Of a stretch of 64,000 nt of DNA, positions 9,134 to 21,338 are shown piece by piece. A model generated the notes under the pieces. That model saw only the letters and a list, made by a program, of their open reading frames with translations, ran no database searches and was not told the origin of the DNA. Position 1 is the first letter of the stretch. Each line of letters starts with the position of its first letter. Source of the stretch: an uncultured Candidatus Entotheonella sp. (GTDB lineage Bacteria > Tectomicrobia > Entotheonellia > Entotheonellales > Entotheonellaceae); the NCBI GenBank assembly GCA_965217185.1, contig OZ244252.1, positions 576,001 to 640,000 of the forward strand, in the 5' to 3' direction. Made by a program: the position numbers and the translations under genes.

Positions 9134-10195
9134 ATGATGAAGTATCGCCGAAACGCCTTGAGGCTCGGCTTTGCGGTTGGGGCTTGTATGCTTGCCTTGC
9201 TGGTTGGGACAGCCATGGCGGGGAACAATCCGGCGGATGAAAACTGGTGGCCGAGCGAATTCGGTGCCGATGATCAAGCCGGCGCGGTGAAATACATCAC
9301 CCCGGAGAAAGTCGTGGCGGCAGCCCAGTTGGTGAAGAAGGGCATGACGGCTACGTTGGGTATGCCCTATTACAATGGCATGCCGCTGGTGCCGGGCCGC
9401 ACGTTTGCCCTGAGCATTCCCGGCGGCGGAACGCCGACCCACGGCCCGCTGAACTGGGAAGGCGACAGTTACCAAATGACCTTCATGGACGAATTGCTGA
9501 CCGCCGAGATCGGACAGGTGGGCACGCAGTGGGACGGCCTGGGTCACCCGATGATCAAGGTCGCCGGTGTTCCCGGCTGGGAAGACGGCAATTATTTCTA
9601 TAACGGGTTTCGTCTTGAAGATGTGGGCAGTCCCCGCGGTTTGAATGCTGTGGGTAACGAACACCTGGCCGAGATCGGCTTCTTCACGCGCGGCATCCTG
9701 ATCGACATCGCCACCTTGAAGGGTGTGGACCGGCTGGACAAGGGCTATGCCATCACCATGGCCGACTACGAAGCCGCTTTGGCGGCGCAGGGCATTGACG
9801 ATGCCAGCCAGGGTGACGTGGTCCTGTTCCGCACCGGCTGGAATAGCCTGTGGAAGGATTACTCATCTATAGATCCGATGACGATTGCGGAAGTCGGCTC
9901 CGGTGAGCCCGGCGTCAGCCCGGAAGTCTGCGATCACCTGGCAGCCAAGAAGATCTCCATGATCGGTTCCGACACTTGGGGCCTGGAGCCGTACGATTTT
10001 TCCAAGGGCATGCCTGAGAGCTACTTCGCCTATTGCCACATGAACCTGGTCGCCCGTCGCGGCATCACCAACTTTGAGAACCTCGACCTGGACAAGCTGT
10101 CCCGCGAGAAGGCTTATGAGTTCGCCTTTGCGTGGTCGCCGCTCAAGCTCGTCGGCGCCACCGGATCGCCGGGAAATCCTGTCGCCGCCTGGTAA
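9134..10195 (+). CDS. Secreted cyclase / kynurenine formamidase-like metallohydrolase
   Basis: Signal peptide, WPSEFGADDQAG, GTQWDGLGH, GDVVLFRTGW, ENLDL, GATGSPGNP. Confidence 0.85.
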   Translation: MMKYRRNALRLGFAVGACMLALLVGTAMAGNNPADENWWPSEFGADDQAGAVKYITPEKVVAAAQLVKKGMTATLGMPYYNGMPLVPGRTFALSIPGGGTPTHGPLNWEGDSYQMTFMDELLTAEIGQVGTQWDGLGHPMIKVAGVPGWEDGNYFYNGFRLEDVGSPRGLNAVGNEHLAEIGFFTRGILIDIATLKGVDRLDKGYAITMADYEAALAAQGIDDASQGDVVLFRTGWNSLWKDYSSIDPMTIAEVGSGEPGVSPEVCDHLAAKKISMIGSDTWGLEPYDFSKGMPESYFAYCHMNLVARRGITNFENLDLDKLSREKAYEFAFAWSPLKLVGATGSPGNPVAAW

Positions 10196-10215
10196 GTTAG
10201 AGGCGTTGTGTGTCG

Positions 10216-10252
10216 AGCGGAGTCGGTCTCCGGGCCGGCTCCGCTTTGGTTT
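10216..10252 (+). terminator. Probable intrinsic terminator
   Basis: 13-bp GC-rich stem AGCGGAGTCGGTC-TCCG-GGCCGGCTCCGCT followed by TTGGTTT, just after the cyclase stop. Confidence 0.6.
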
Positions 10253-10318
10253 GCCCGAAGATGGGTTTTATTTGACTGCATTTGATCAGAGTTGCCGCTG
10301 ACGAAGGAGGAGAGACGC

Positions 10319-11935
10319 ATGGGTTGCCGGCCAGGCACCTACCTGGAGTTGCACCGTTACGGACGGCGTGCCTGCCGTCTTGGCATCGTCCTGTTGCTGA
10401 TTGTGGCTCTTTTGCCCGCCGGCGTGCTGTATGGACAGGAGGAGATGCAACAGGACGCGGTAGGGCAGGAGATCGAGTTGCCTTCCGCAGGCGAGGCGCC
10501 GTCGGCCATGGGCGAGCGGGTGCTCGAGTTGACGCTCGAAGATGCCATCCAATTGGCCCTGCAGAACAGCTTGGCAATCGAACGCGAACGCTTCGGGCCG
10601 CTCATTGCGCTGACCGATATCGACCGGGCCAAGGTGGAGTTCGACCCGAAGGTTGGCGCGGAAGTGAACGTGTCGGAGACGCAGAATCTGCGCACGAACC
10701 AGAACCCGATATTCATGCCCATCCTCGACAGCCGCAGCACGCTTTCCGCTTACCTTCGCCACACCATTGTCACCGGTGGCAACTATGAGCTTCGATTTGT
10801 CACGGCTCGCAGTGACCAGTCACCTGACAACGCCGGCTTCGGTCAACGCATCCACAACCCCCTGTTTGAGAACAGTCTTGAACTGACCTTCACGCACCCG
10901 TTACTGCAGAATTTCGGTATTTCGGTTAACAAGGCGCCGATGCGACAGGCGGAGATCAGAGAGCAGATCGCCGAGCAGAACGTCGTTCAGGCGATTCTGG
11001 ATACGGTGTTTGCCGTGCACAGGGGCTACTGGGACCTGGTTTTTCGCATCCAGGACCTGGAGGCCAAGCGTGAGTCGCAGCAACTCGCGGAAGACTTCCT
11101 GGCGGAGAACACCGTGCGGGTGGAATTGGGCACGCTGGCGCCGATTGAGTTGGTGCAGGCCGAGACGCAGGTGAAAACGCGGCAGGGAGACGTCATCGTG
11201 GCGGAGGCCGCGCTGCGCGATGCGGACGATCAGCTCAAGGCCGTTCTGAATATACCGGAGAGCATGGGCTCCTGGGGTGTGCGCCTGCAACCGACCGATA
11301 GTCCGTCTATTGCGCCGGTGTCAACGGCCGCCGTCGAGGAGCAGGTCGACATTGCCCTGCGGCAGCGGCCCGACTACCTCAGCTCGCAGTTGGACATCAG
11401 AATACGGGAGAGTTTGCGGGACGAGGCGCGCAATCTCAGTCTGCCGCGCCTGGACGTTATCGGCACCGGCAGGCTGAATGCTCACGATGCTGAAATTGGC
11501 GACGCCTTTTCCAATATCCCGGATGGCGATGGCTACCAATGGGCCGTCGGTCTGCAAATGGAGATTACCCTGGGCAGCCGCGCCAAGCGCGTTCTGATCG
11601 ACCAACGCCAGTTGGAACTGCGTCAGGCGCGCATCGACCAACGCCAGCTCATGCTTGCTATTGTCCAGCAAATTCGCCAGGCGGTGCGCAGTATCCAAAC
11701 CAATATCCAGCGTGTGGAAGTCACCCGTTCGGCCACCATGCTGGCGCGCACCCAGCTTGAAGCGGAGCAGGAAAAATTCCGTCTCGGCCTGTCGACCAGC
11801 TTTAACGTGCTGGAATTTCAGGAAGACCTGACCAACGCGCTGAGCAATGAGACACGGGCGCTGAGTGACTACAACGTCGCGTTGGCGCAACTCGACCAAT
11901 TGACCGGCATGATGCAGTATCACGACGTGCAGTAG
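10319..11935 (+). CDS. TolC family outer-membrane efflux protein
   Basis: LTLEDAIQLAL, two OEP repeats, EQEKFRLGLST, YNVALAQLDQLTG; GGAGG RBS. Confidence 0.88.
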   Translation: MGCRPGTYLELHRYGRRACRLGIVLLLIVALLPAGVLYGQEEMQQDAVGQEIELPSAGEAPSAMGERVLELTLEDAIQLALQNSLAIERERFGPLIALTDIDRAKVEFDPKVGAEVNVSETQNLRTNQNPIFMPILDSRSTLSAYLRHTIVTGGNYELRFVTARSDQSPDNAGFGQRIHNPLFENSLELTFTHPLLQNFGISVNKAPMRQAEIREQIAEQNVVQAILDTVFAVHRGYWDLVFRIQDLEAKRESQQLAEDFLAENTVRVELGTLAPIELVQAETQVKTRQGDVIVAEAALRDADDQLKAVLNIPESMGSWGVRLQPTDSPSIAPVSTAAVEEQVDIALRQRPDYLSSQLDIRIRESLRDEARNLSLPRLDVIGTGRLNAHDAEIGDAFSNIPDGDGYQWAVGLQMEITLGSRAKRVLIDQRQLELRQARIDQRQLMLAIVQQIRQAVRSIQTNIQRVEVTRSATMLARTQLEAEQEKFRLGLSTSFNVLEFQEDLTNALSNETRALSDYNVALAQLDQLTGMMQYHDVQ

Positions 11936-11983
11936 TCCGGCGATATTTCATCCCTTCATCACGCCTTCCTCTGATGTGCAACT

Positions 11984-14792
<2,809 letters not shown>

Positions 14793-14806
<14 letters not shown>

Positions 14807-15584
14807 CCACCGCCGCATCAGATTGCTGATTGCCTACAACGGCGCGCGCTACCACGGCTGGCAGTTGCAGCCGCGGGCGGTTACGGTGCAGGGTACCCTG
14901 GAGTCCTGCCTGTCACGCATGACGAACGGTTCGGTACGCCTGCACGCCGCCGGTCGCACCGATGCCGGGGTACATGCCCTGGGGCAGGTAGCACATTTCG
15001 ACACCGCTTCCGACATTGCCACGGCGTCGCTGGTGCGAGGACTGAACAGCATGCTGCCGGATGACATCGTGGTGCGGCGAGCCGTCGAGGCGCCGGCAGA
15101 CTTTCACGCCCGCTATGACGCGGTACGCAAGACGTACGTGTATCAACTGCACAATCATTCCGTTCCGTCGCTGCTGCGTGCCCAGTATGCGTGGCACGTG
15201 CCGCAGCGTCTCGACGTGCCTGCCATGAAGGCAGCCGCGCAGTTGTTAGCGGGCCGGCACGACTTTTCCGCCTTTCGGGTTGCGTTGCGGGCCGACGCGC
15301 GCCAGCCGGTGCGCTGCTTGTACCGATTGGCTTTGCGGCACCAGCCGCCCCGCCTTGTCTTCGTTCTGAGAGCCGACGGCTTTTTGTACCGCATGGCGCG
15401 TAGTATCGTTGGCACCCTGGTGGCGGTCGGGCGCGGCGCCATGCCGGCCGAAGCGGTCGGCGACATGCTGCGTGCCAGGCAGCGGCAACTGGCTGGGCCC
15501 ACCGCACCGGCACATGGCTTGTTCCTGGTGCACGTGTCCTATCGGCGGGGCAAGGCTTGCATGTTCCGCGCCGGTAGTCGATAA
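14793..15584 (+). CDS. truA: tRNA pseudouridine(38-40) synthase
   Basis: [50 protein letters not shown]. Confidence 0.95.
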
Positions 15585-15647
15585 TCCGCACCGCAGCGGC
15601 TGCCGGAAGTATGTAAGGCCGCGTTCACGCCTTTACGACTACATCAA

Positions 15648-16214
15648 ATGACACAGACCATGCCCATGCCCACGATGTCCCATCTTCGGCAGGTTCTGCC
15701 GTTAGCTCTGACCCTGTTTGTCCTCTGGTTGATTCTTTCCGGGAAATTCGACGCCTTTCACGTGTCCATTGGCGCCGTCAGCGCCCTGTGCATCGCGCTG
15801 GGGACGCGCCGCTTGCTGCTTTTGCCGCCCGATATCGGACCGCCGGGCACGCACCCGGCAAATGTCCTGCCGTTGCGCTTCCTGGGCTACATCCCGTGGC
15901 TCATCTGGCAGATCATCGCGTCGAGCCTGCACGTCGCCTACGTCGTCCTGCACCCCAGGATGCCCATTCAGCCGCGCCTGCTGCGCTTTGACACCTCGTT
16001 TCCGCACGTCTTGGCGCAATTGACCCTCGCCACTTCGATCACCCTGACACCGGGCACCGTCACCCTCGACGTCGAGGGTGACGAATTTCTCGTGCATGCC
16101 CTCACGGACACCAGCGCGCAGGGGCTGGAACCGCAGGGCGGCCCCATGCATCGGCGCGTGGCGGCGCTGTTCCAGCCAGCGCCCACCGGCCAAGGCACAA
16201 GATCAACACGATGA
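15648..16214 (+). CDS. mrpE: Na+/H+ antiporter subunit E
   Basis: LWLILSG and SITLTPGTVT motifs. Confidence 0.9.
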   Translation: MTQTMPMPTMSHLRQVLPLALTLFVLWLILSGKFDAFHVSIGAVSALCIALGTRRLLLLPPDIGPPGTHPANVLPLRFLGYIPWLIWQIIASSLHVAYVVLHPRMPIQPRLLRFDTSFPHVLAQLTLATSITLTPGTVTLDVEGDEFLVHALTDTSAQGLEPQGGPMHRRVAALFQPAPTGQGTRSTR

Positions 16215-16483
16215 ATACCTATTTTCTCGGCGCCGCGCTTGCGCTTGCGGTCGCTATGACGCTGTCGCTTTACCGCGTGTTACGCGGTCCGACGATTTTT
16301 GACCGCCTGGCGGGTCTGGGCCTCATCGGCACCAAGACGATCGTGCTGCTGGTGCTGCTGGGCTTCCTGACCGACCGGGTGGAAATCTTCGTGGACATCA
16401 CGCTGGCGTACGGCCTGATCAGCTTCATCGGCAGCGTGGTGCTGGCGAAGTACTTTGAACAAAAGGGAGCCGACGAGCCATGA
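16211..16483 (+). CDS. mrpF: Na+/H+ antiporter subunit F
   Basis: RVLRGPTIFDR; three TM segments. Confidence 0.9.
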   Translation: MNTYFLGAALALAVAMTLSLYRVLRGPTIFDRLAGLGLIGTKTIVLLVLLGFLTDRVEIFVDITLAYGLISFIGSVVLAKYFEQKGADEP

Positions 16484-16785
16484 CCCTCGCCGCCAACGTC
16501 CTGCTGATCATCGGTCTGGTGTTCATCATGCTGGGCGTGCTGGGCATTCTGCGCCTGCCCGATTTTTACACCCGCCTGCACGCCATGGGCAAATGCGACA
16601 CCCTGGGCGTGGCTCTGGTGCTGATCGCGCTGGCCATTCACGAGGGCGTTTCGCTATACAGCCTGAAGATCCTGCTGATTTCGGTTTGCATTGGCTTGGC
16701 GAACCCGGCGGCCACGCATGCGCTGGGCCGGGCTGCGTACAGGTCCGGGTTGATGCCCTGGCGCGGTGGCGAGGAGCGCTCGTAA
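16480..16785 (+). CDS. mrpG: Na+/H+ antiporter subunit G
   Basis: GILRLPDFYTRLHA...DTLG...NPAATHALGRAA. Confidence 0.9.
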   Translation: MTLAANVLLIIGLVFIMLGVLGILRLPDFYTRLHAMGKCDTLGVALVLIALAIHEGVSLYSLKILLISVCIGLANPAATHALGRAAYRSGLMPWRGGEERS

Positions 16786-17027
16786 TGGTGTCGCTGTCCA
16801 TTTTCTTCCAGGTATTGATCGTGGTTTGCGCGGTGGCCGCGGTGTTCACACACGATCTGCTGGCGGCGGTGGCGATTTTCGGGGCTTTCAGCTTTTTCTC
16901 GGCTATCTATTTCGCCATCCTCGGGGCGCTCGACGTGGCCTTTACCGAGGCGGCGGTCGGTGCGGTGATTACCACGGTGTTTTTCGTCACGGCCATTTTC
17001 CGCACGGCGCGGAGGACCAAGCGGTGA
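16785..17027 (+). CDS. DUF4040 / MbhD-like subunit (MrpA C-terminal module)
   Basis: DLLAAV...LGALDVAFTEAAVG; TAATG coupling to mrpG. Confidence 0.85.
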   Translation: MVSLSIFFQVLIVVCAVAAVFTHDLLAAVAIFGAFSFFSAIYFAILGALDVAFTEAAVGAVITTVFFVTAIFRTARRTKR

Positions 17028-17314
17028 AAGCTGTCACGTGGGTGGTCTTCGCGTTGGCCGCGGGGGTGTTGTTTTACGCCGCCAGCGATTTGCCTCGTGT
17101 TGGTGATATCGAATCGCCGGCATCGGTGCACGTGTCGCCGCGCTATATCGCCAAAAGCCACGACGAAACCGGCGCGCCGAACTTCGTCACCGGCGTGCTG
17201 GCGGACTACCGGGGCTACGACACGCTGGGGGAGACAACCGTCATTTTCACGGCCGGCTTGGCGTGCCTGCTGATTCTGGGCGTGCGCCTGGGCACTGGGA
17301 GAGGCGGCGAATGA
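17024..17314 (+). CDS. MbhE-like subunit (MrpA/B-related module)
   Basis: PNFVTGVLADYRGYDTLGETTV motif; GTGA overlap. Confidence 0.85.
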   Translation: MKAVTWVVFALAAGVLFYAASDLPRVGDIESPASVHVSPRYIAKSHDETGAPNFVTGVLADYRGYDTLGETTVIFTAGLACLLILGVRLGTGRGGE

Positions 17315-17745
17315 GAACGCCTTTCGGCAGCGCGGTGCTGGACGCGGCCTGTCGCTTGTTGGTGCCCTTCGTCCTGCTCTTCGCCGTGTACGTCATTGCA
17401 CACGGCCACGACAGCCCGGGCGGCGGCTTTCAGGGCGGCACCATCCTGGCTGCCGCGGTCATTCTCATCCGGCTGGTTCACGGCCAGGACGCTATTTGGG
17501 GGCTGACCCGTGTCGGCGCCTTGCGTCTGGCCTGTGGCGGCGTAGCCCTGTTCGCCGGCATCGGTTTTCTGAGCCTGCCGTTCGCCGGCAACTACCTGGA
17601 CTACGGGGTGCTGCCGCTACCGCTGGAAACGGTGAAGGTTCGGGTCGTGGGCACCCTGGGCATCGAGATCGGCGTGGCGATGGCCGTTACCGGCGTTCTG
17701 GTGCTGATTTTCGATGCCCTGACCGCCTGGGGCGAGGAGGACTGA
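17311..17745 (+). CDS. mrpB: Na+/H+ antiporter subunit B
   Basis: HGHDSPGGGFQGG motif. Confidence 0.9.
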   Translation: MRTPFGSAVLDAACRLLVPFVLLFAVYVIAHGHDSPGGGFQGGTILAAAVILIRLVHGQDAIWGLTRVGALRLACGGVALFAGIGFLSLPFAGNYLDYGVLPLPLETVKVRVVGTLGIEIGVAMAVTGVLVLIFDALTAWGEED

Positions 17746-17749
17746 CGCC

Positions 17750-18115
17750 GTGTGGGAGAACCTGTCGGGCTACCTGAATTACTGGCTTGCCGCCGTGCTC
17801 TTGCTCATCGGGCTGTACGGCATGCTGGGTCGGCCCAATCTGGTCAAGAAGCTCATGGCCATGAACATCCTGCAGGTGGCGGCGATCCTGTTCTTCATTG
17901 CCCTGGCGGAAAAGACGGGAGCGACCGCCCCGATTGAGGTCAAGGGCTTGCACGACGTGAGCGCTTACGTCAATCCGTTGCCGCATGCGCTGATGCTTAC
18001 CGCCATCGTCGTCGGGGTCAGTACGACGGGTGTTGCCCTGGCTCTGCTCATCCGCATCCACCGGCATTTCGGCACCCTGGAGGAACCTGAAATTCTCGAA
18101 AGGATGCGCCTATGA
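17750..18115 (+). CDS. mrpC: Na+/H+ antiporter subunit C
   Basis: NLVKKLM...NPLPHALMLTAIVVG. Confidence 0.92.
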   Translation: MWENLSGYLNYWLAAVLLLIGLYGMLGRPNLVKKLMAMNILQVAAILFFIALAEKTGATAPIEVKGLHDVSAYVNPLPHALMLTAIVVGVSTTGVALALLIRIHRHFGTLEEPEILERMRL

Positions 18116-19587
18116 CGGCGCATTTGCCGGTTCTGATCGTTGTCCTGCCGCTCGCGGCCGCCGTGGCCGTGCCCCTTATCGCGCTGGTGTCCGTGAAGGC
18201 GGCGTTCGCCGTCGCGTGCCTGACGCTTGCGGCTGCTGGCGTGGCCAGTTGTACGGCGTTGTCGCATGTGCTGGCGCACGGCGTTTTGCGGTACGAGCTA
18301 GGCGGTTGGGCGCCGCCGTGGGGCATCGAGTACGTCGTCGATCCGTTGTCCGGGGGTATGGCGGCCCTGATCACGCTCATCGCCGTGTGCGTCGTGGTGT
18401 ACGCCGGTCCGCGGGGCGACGGCGGCTCGGCGGCGCGCGGCGGGATGTTCCACAGCCTGTTTCTGCTCCTCGTCACCGGTCTGCTGGGCATCGTGTTGAC
18501 GGGGGACATGTTCAACCTCTACGTGTTCCTGGAAATCTCGTCGCTGGCCGCCTACGCCCTGCTGGCCTCGGGCGGCATTCGCGGCACGGTGGCCACCTTC
18601 CGCTATCTCATCGTCGGCACCATCGCTGCGACCTTCTACCTGCTGGGAACCGGCTACCTGTACGCCCTCACCGGCACGCTCAACATGGCCGACATGGCCA
18701 TGCGCCTGACGGCCGTCGTGGATGCACGGGCCTACGGCGTTGCGGTGGTGCTGATCGTCATCGGCTTGGCGATCAAGGCGGCATTGTTTCCGCTGCACGG
18801 CTGGCTGCCGGACGCTTACACGTATGCCCCGGCGCCGGTAACCGGATTTATCGCCGCGGTGATGGCGAAGGTCAGTGCGTACGCGCTGTTTCGGGTGCTC
18901 TACTTTGTGACGCCCGCCGAGGGGGCTTCGGCGCAGGTCCTGATGCTGCTGGGCTGGGTATCGGTCATTGCCGTGCTGGCGGGTTCCATCCTGGCGATGG
19001 CGCAGCAGGACATCCGCCGCATGCTGGCTTATTCGAGCGTTGGGCAAATGGGCTACATCGTTCTCGGCTTCGCCTTGGGCACCCCAACTGCGCTGATCGG
19101 CGCGTTGCTGCACCTGTTCGGCCACGCCGTCATGAAAGGCTGCCTGTTTCTGGTCGTCGGCGGTATCCGGTGGCGCACGGGCATCTACAAGATCAGCGAC
19201 TATGCCGGCATGGGCCGCCGCATGCCGTTGACCATGGCCGCGTTTGTGGTCGCGGCGCTGGCCATGATCGGGCTGCCGCCGACCTTGGGCTTTTTCAGCA
19301 AGTGGTATTTGCTCAGCGGCGCCGTCGAGGCGGGTGCCTGGCTGTTCGTGGCGGCGCTGGTGCTGAGCAGTCTGCTGGGTGTCGTGTACTTCTTCCGTGT
19401 ATTCGAATTCGCCTACCTGAAGACGCCGGAAGCGGGGCAAGGTACGCCGCCAAGACAGGAACTCCCCCTGCACATGCTGGCGCCGATTCTCGTTCTCACA
19501 GCCGCCGTGCTGGTCTTTGGTTTGTTGAACCAGCAGGTTGTGGGCGGCATCATCCGCCACGCGCTGCCGGGCGCAATGGCGCCTTAA
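18112..19587 (+). CDS. mrpD: Na+/H+ antiporter subunit D (copy 1)
   Basis: GGWAPPWGIE, DMFNLYVFLEI, KAALFPLHGWLPDAY, RRMLAYSS. Confidence 0.9.
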   Translation: MTAHLPVLIVVLPLAAAVAVPLIALVSVKAAFAVACLTLAAAGVASCTALSHVLAHGVLRYELGGWAPPWGIEYVVDPLSGGMAALITLIAVCVVVYAGPRGDGGSAARGGMFHSLFLLLVTGLLGIVLTGDMFNLYVFLEISSLAAYALLASGGIRGTVATFRYLIVGTIAATFYLLGTGYLYALTGTLNMADMAMRLTAVVDARAYGVAVVLIVIGLAIKAALFPLHGWLPDAYTYAPAPVTGFIAAVMAKVSAYALFRVLYFVTPAEGASAQVLMLLGWVSVIAVLAGSILAMAQQDIRRMLAYSSVGQMGYIVLGFALGTPTALIGALLHLFGHAVMKGCLFLVVGGIRWRTGIYKISDYAGMGRRMPLTMAAFVVAALAMIGLPPTLGFFSKWYLLSGAVEAGAWLFVAALVLSSLLGVVYFFRVFEFAYLKTPEAGQGTPPRQELPLHMLAPILVLTAAVLVFGLLNQQVVGGIIRHALPGAMAP

Positions 19588-19608
19588 CCGACCGGAAGGG
19601 CTCCGTCC

Positions 19609-21111
19609 ATGTCCCACTATCCGCTCCTGGCCGTGCTGGTTTCCTTGCTCGCCGCCGGGGCGATTCTGCTCTCTGACCGGCGGCCGAATGTGCGCGAGGC
19701 CTGGACGTTCGCTGCTGCCGCCGTCAAGTTCCTGCTGGTGGTCTCGATGCTGCCAACGGTCCTGGCCGGCGGCGTCATCGAAGCCACCTACGCCGAACTG
19801 CTGCCCGGCTGGTCCCTGCACCTGCGCGCCGACCTGTTCGGCCTCATCTTCGCCCTCCTGGCCTCTGGCCTGTGGATTCCCACCTCCATCTATTCGATCG
19901 GCTACATGCGCGCCGGGCATTACACCCACCAGACGGGTTATTTCGCCAGCTTCGCGGTCTGTCTGTCTGCCACCATGGGCATTGCCTTCGCGGGCAATCT
20001 GATCACCTTTTTTCTGTTCTATGAGATGTTGACGCTGGCCACCTATCCCCTGGTGGTGCACGACCGCACCGAGGAGGCGGTGGCGGCGGGCAGAAAATAC
20101 CTGGCGTACACCCTCGGCGCTGGGCAGTTGCTGCTGCTGGCCATTGTCGCCATCGCAGTGGTGGCACCGGGCGAGTCATTCCAGCCGGGCGGCTTCCTTA
20201 TGGGCAAGGCGCCGCTGGGCGTGCTGGGGCTGGTGTTCGTTCTGGGGCTGATCGGCGTCGGGGCCAAGGCGGCCATCATGCCGCTGCACAGCTGGCTGCC
20301 GGCCGCCATGGTGGCGCCGACGCCGGTGAGCGCGTTGCTGCATGCCGTGGCGGTGGTCAAGGCCGGAACCTTCGGCTGCCTGCGGTTGGTGCATTACGTG
20401 TTCGGTGTCGACCTGTTGCGGGCCATGGGGGCGGACACGGTTCTGGCGGTGGCCGCGGCGTTGACTATCCTGCTGGCGTCGGTGCGGGCTCTGGGCGAGC
20501 AGAATCTCAAGCGCCGGCTGGCTTATTCCACGGTGAGCCAGCTCTCCTACATCGTTCTGGGCGCCGCCCTCGGTTCGACGGCCGCGGTGGCCGGCGCCAT
20601 GTTCCACATCGTGGCGCACGGCTTTATGAAAATCACCCTGTTCTTCTGCGCCGGGGCCATTTACATCAAGACACACAAGCTGGAAATTCCCGACTTGGCG
20701 GGCCTCGGCCGGCAGATGCCCATTACCTTCGGCGCCTTTACCCTCGGTGCGCTGGGACTGGCGGGCATGCCGTTGTGCGTCGGTTTCATCAGCAAATGGA
20801 ATCTGGGCATGGGGGCGTTGCAATCCGGCCAGGCCGTGTTTCTCGCCGTGTTTGTCGCCAGCGGCATTCTCAACTTTGCTTACTTTTTCCCCATCGTTTA
20901 CACCGCTTTCTTTGGTCGACCCGAGCAGGTCCGTCGCTTCGACGAGGTTGGCGCCGCCCTGTGGGCACCCTTGGCCGCGACGGCGGCCGTTTCGCTGATC
21001 CTGGGCGTCTATCCGAACGCCGGACTGCAGTTTTACCGCTTGGCGTGGAGCGCCGCCGAAAGCGTCATGGCCGGGGCAGGGCAGGCGCTGGCAGGAGGAG
21101 GGATGCCTTGA
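19609..21111 (+). CDS. MrpD/NuoL-M family proton-conducting membrane subunit (copy 2)
   Basis: FYEMLT, KAAIMPLHSWLPAAMVAPTPVSALLH, KRRLAYSTVSQ. Confidence 0.9.
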   Translation: MSHYPLLAVLVSLLAAGAILLSDRRPNVREAWTFAAAAVKFLLVVSMLPTVLAGGVIEATYAELLPGWSLHLRADLFGLIFALLASGLWIPTSIYSIGYMRAGHYTHQTGYFASFAVCLSATMGIAFAGNLITFFLFYEMLTLATYPLVVHDRTEEAVAAGRKYLAYTLGAGQLLLLAIVAIAVVAPGESFQPGGFLMGKAPLGVLGLVFVLGLIGVGAKAAIMPLHSWLPAAMVAPTPVSALLHAVAVVKAGTFGCLRLVHYVFGVDLLRAMGADTVLAVAAALTILLASVRALGEQNLKRRLAYSTVSQLSYIVLGAALGSTAAVAGAMFHIVAHGFMKITLFFCAGAIYIKTHKLEIPDLAGLGRQMPITFGAFTLGALGLAGMPLCVGFISKWNLGMGALQSGQAVFLAVFVASGILNFAYFFPIVYTAFFGRPEQVRRFDEVGAALWAPLAATAAVSLILGVYPNAGLQFYRLAWSAAESVMAGAGQALAGGGMP

Positions 21112-21338
21112 AACGAATGGGGCTCGCTCTGGTTGCTGGGGTCATCGGCGTGAGCGTGGTGCTGGAAATCGTGTATCGCCATCACGGCCACCCGGTGTTC
21201 TGGTGGCAGGCGACGCCGGTGTTCGATTTCGTCTACGGAACCGTCGGATGCTTCGCGTTGGTGCTCGGCGCCAAGTGGCTGGGCCACGCCTGGCTGCAAC
21301 GTGACCACCTGTACACCGACGAGGATAAGCCGGCATGA
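21108..21338 (+). CDS. Small membrane protein of the Mrp-type operon
   Basis: TTG start overlapping the upstream stop with GGAGG RBS, two TM segments, ...WLGHAWLQRDHLY; ATGA overlap with the next gene. Confidence 0.65.
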   Translation: MKRMGLALVAGVIGVSVVLEIVYRHHGHPVFWWQATPVFDFVYGTVGCFALVLGAKWLGHAWLQRDHLYTDEDKPA

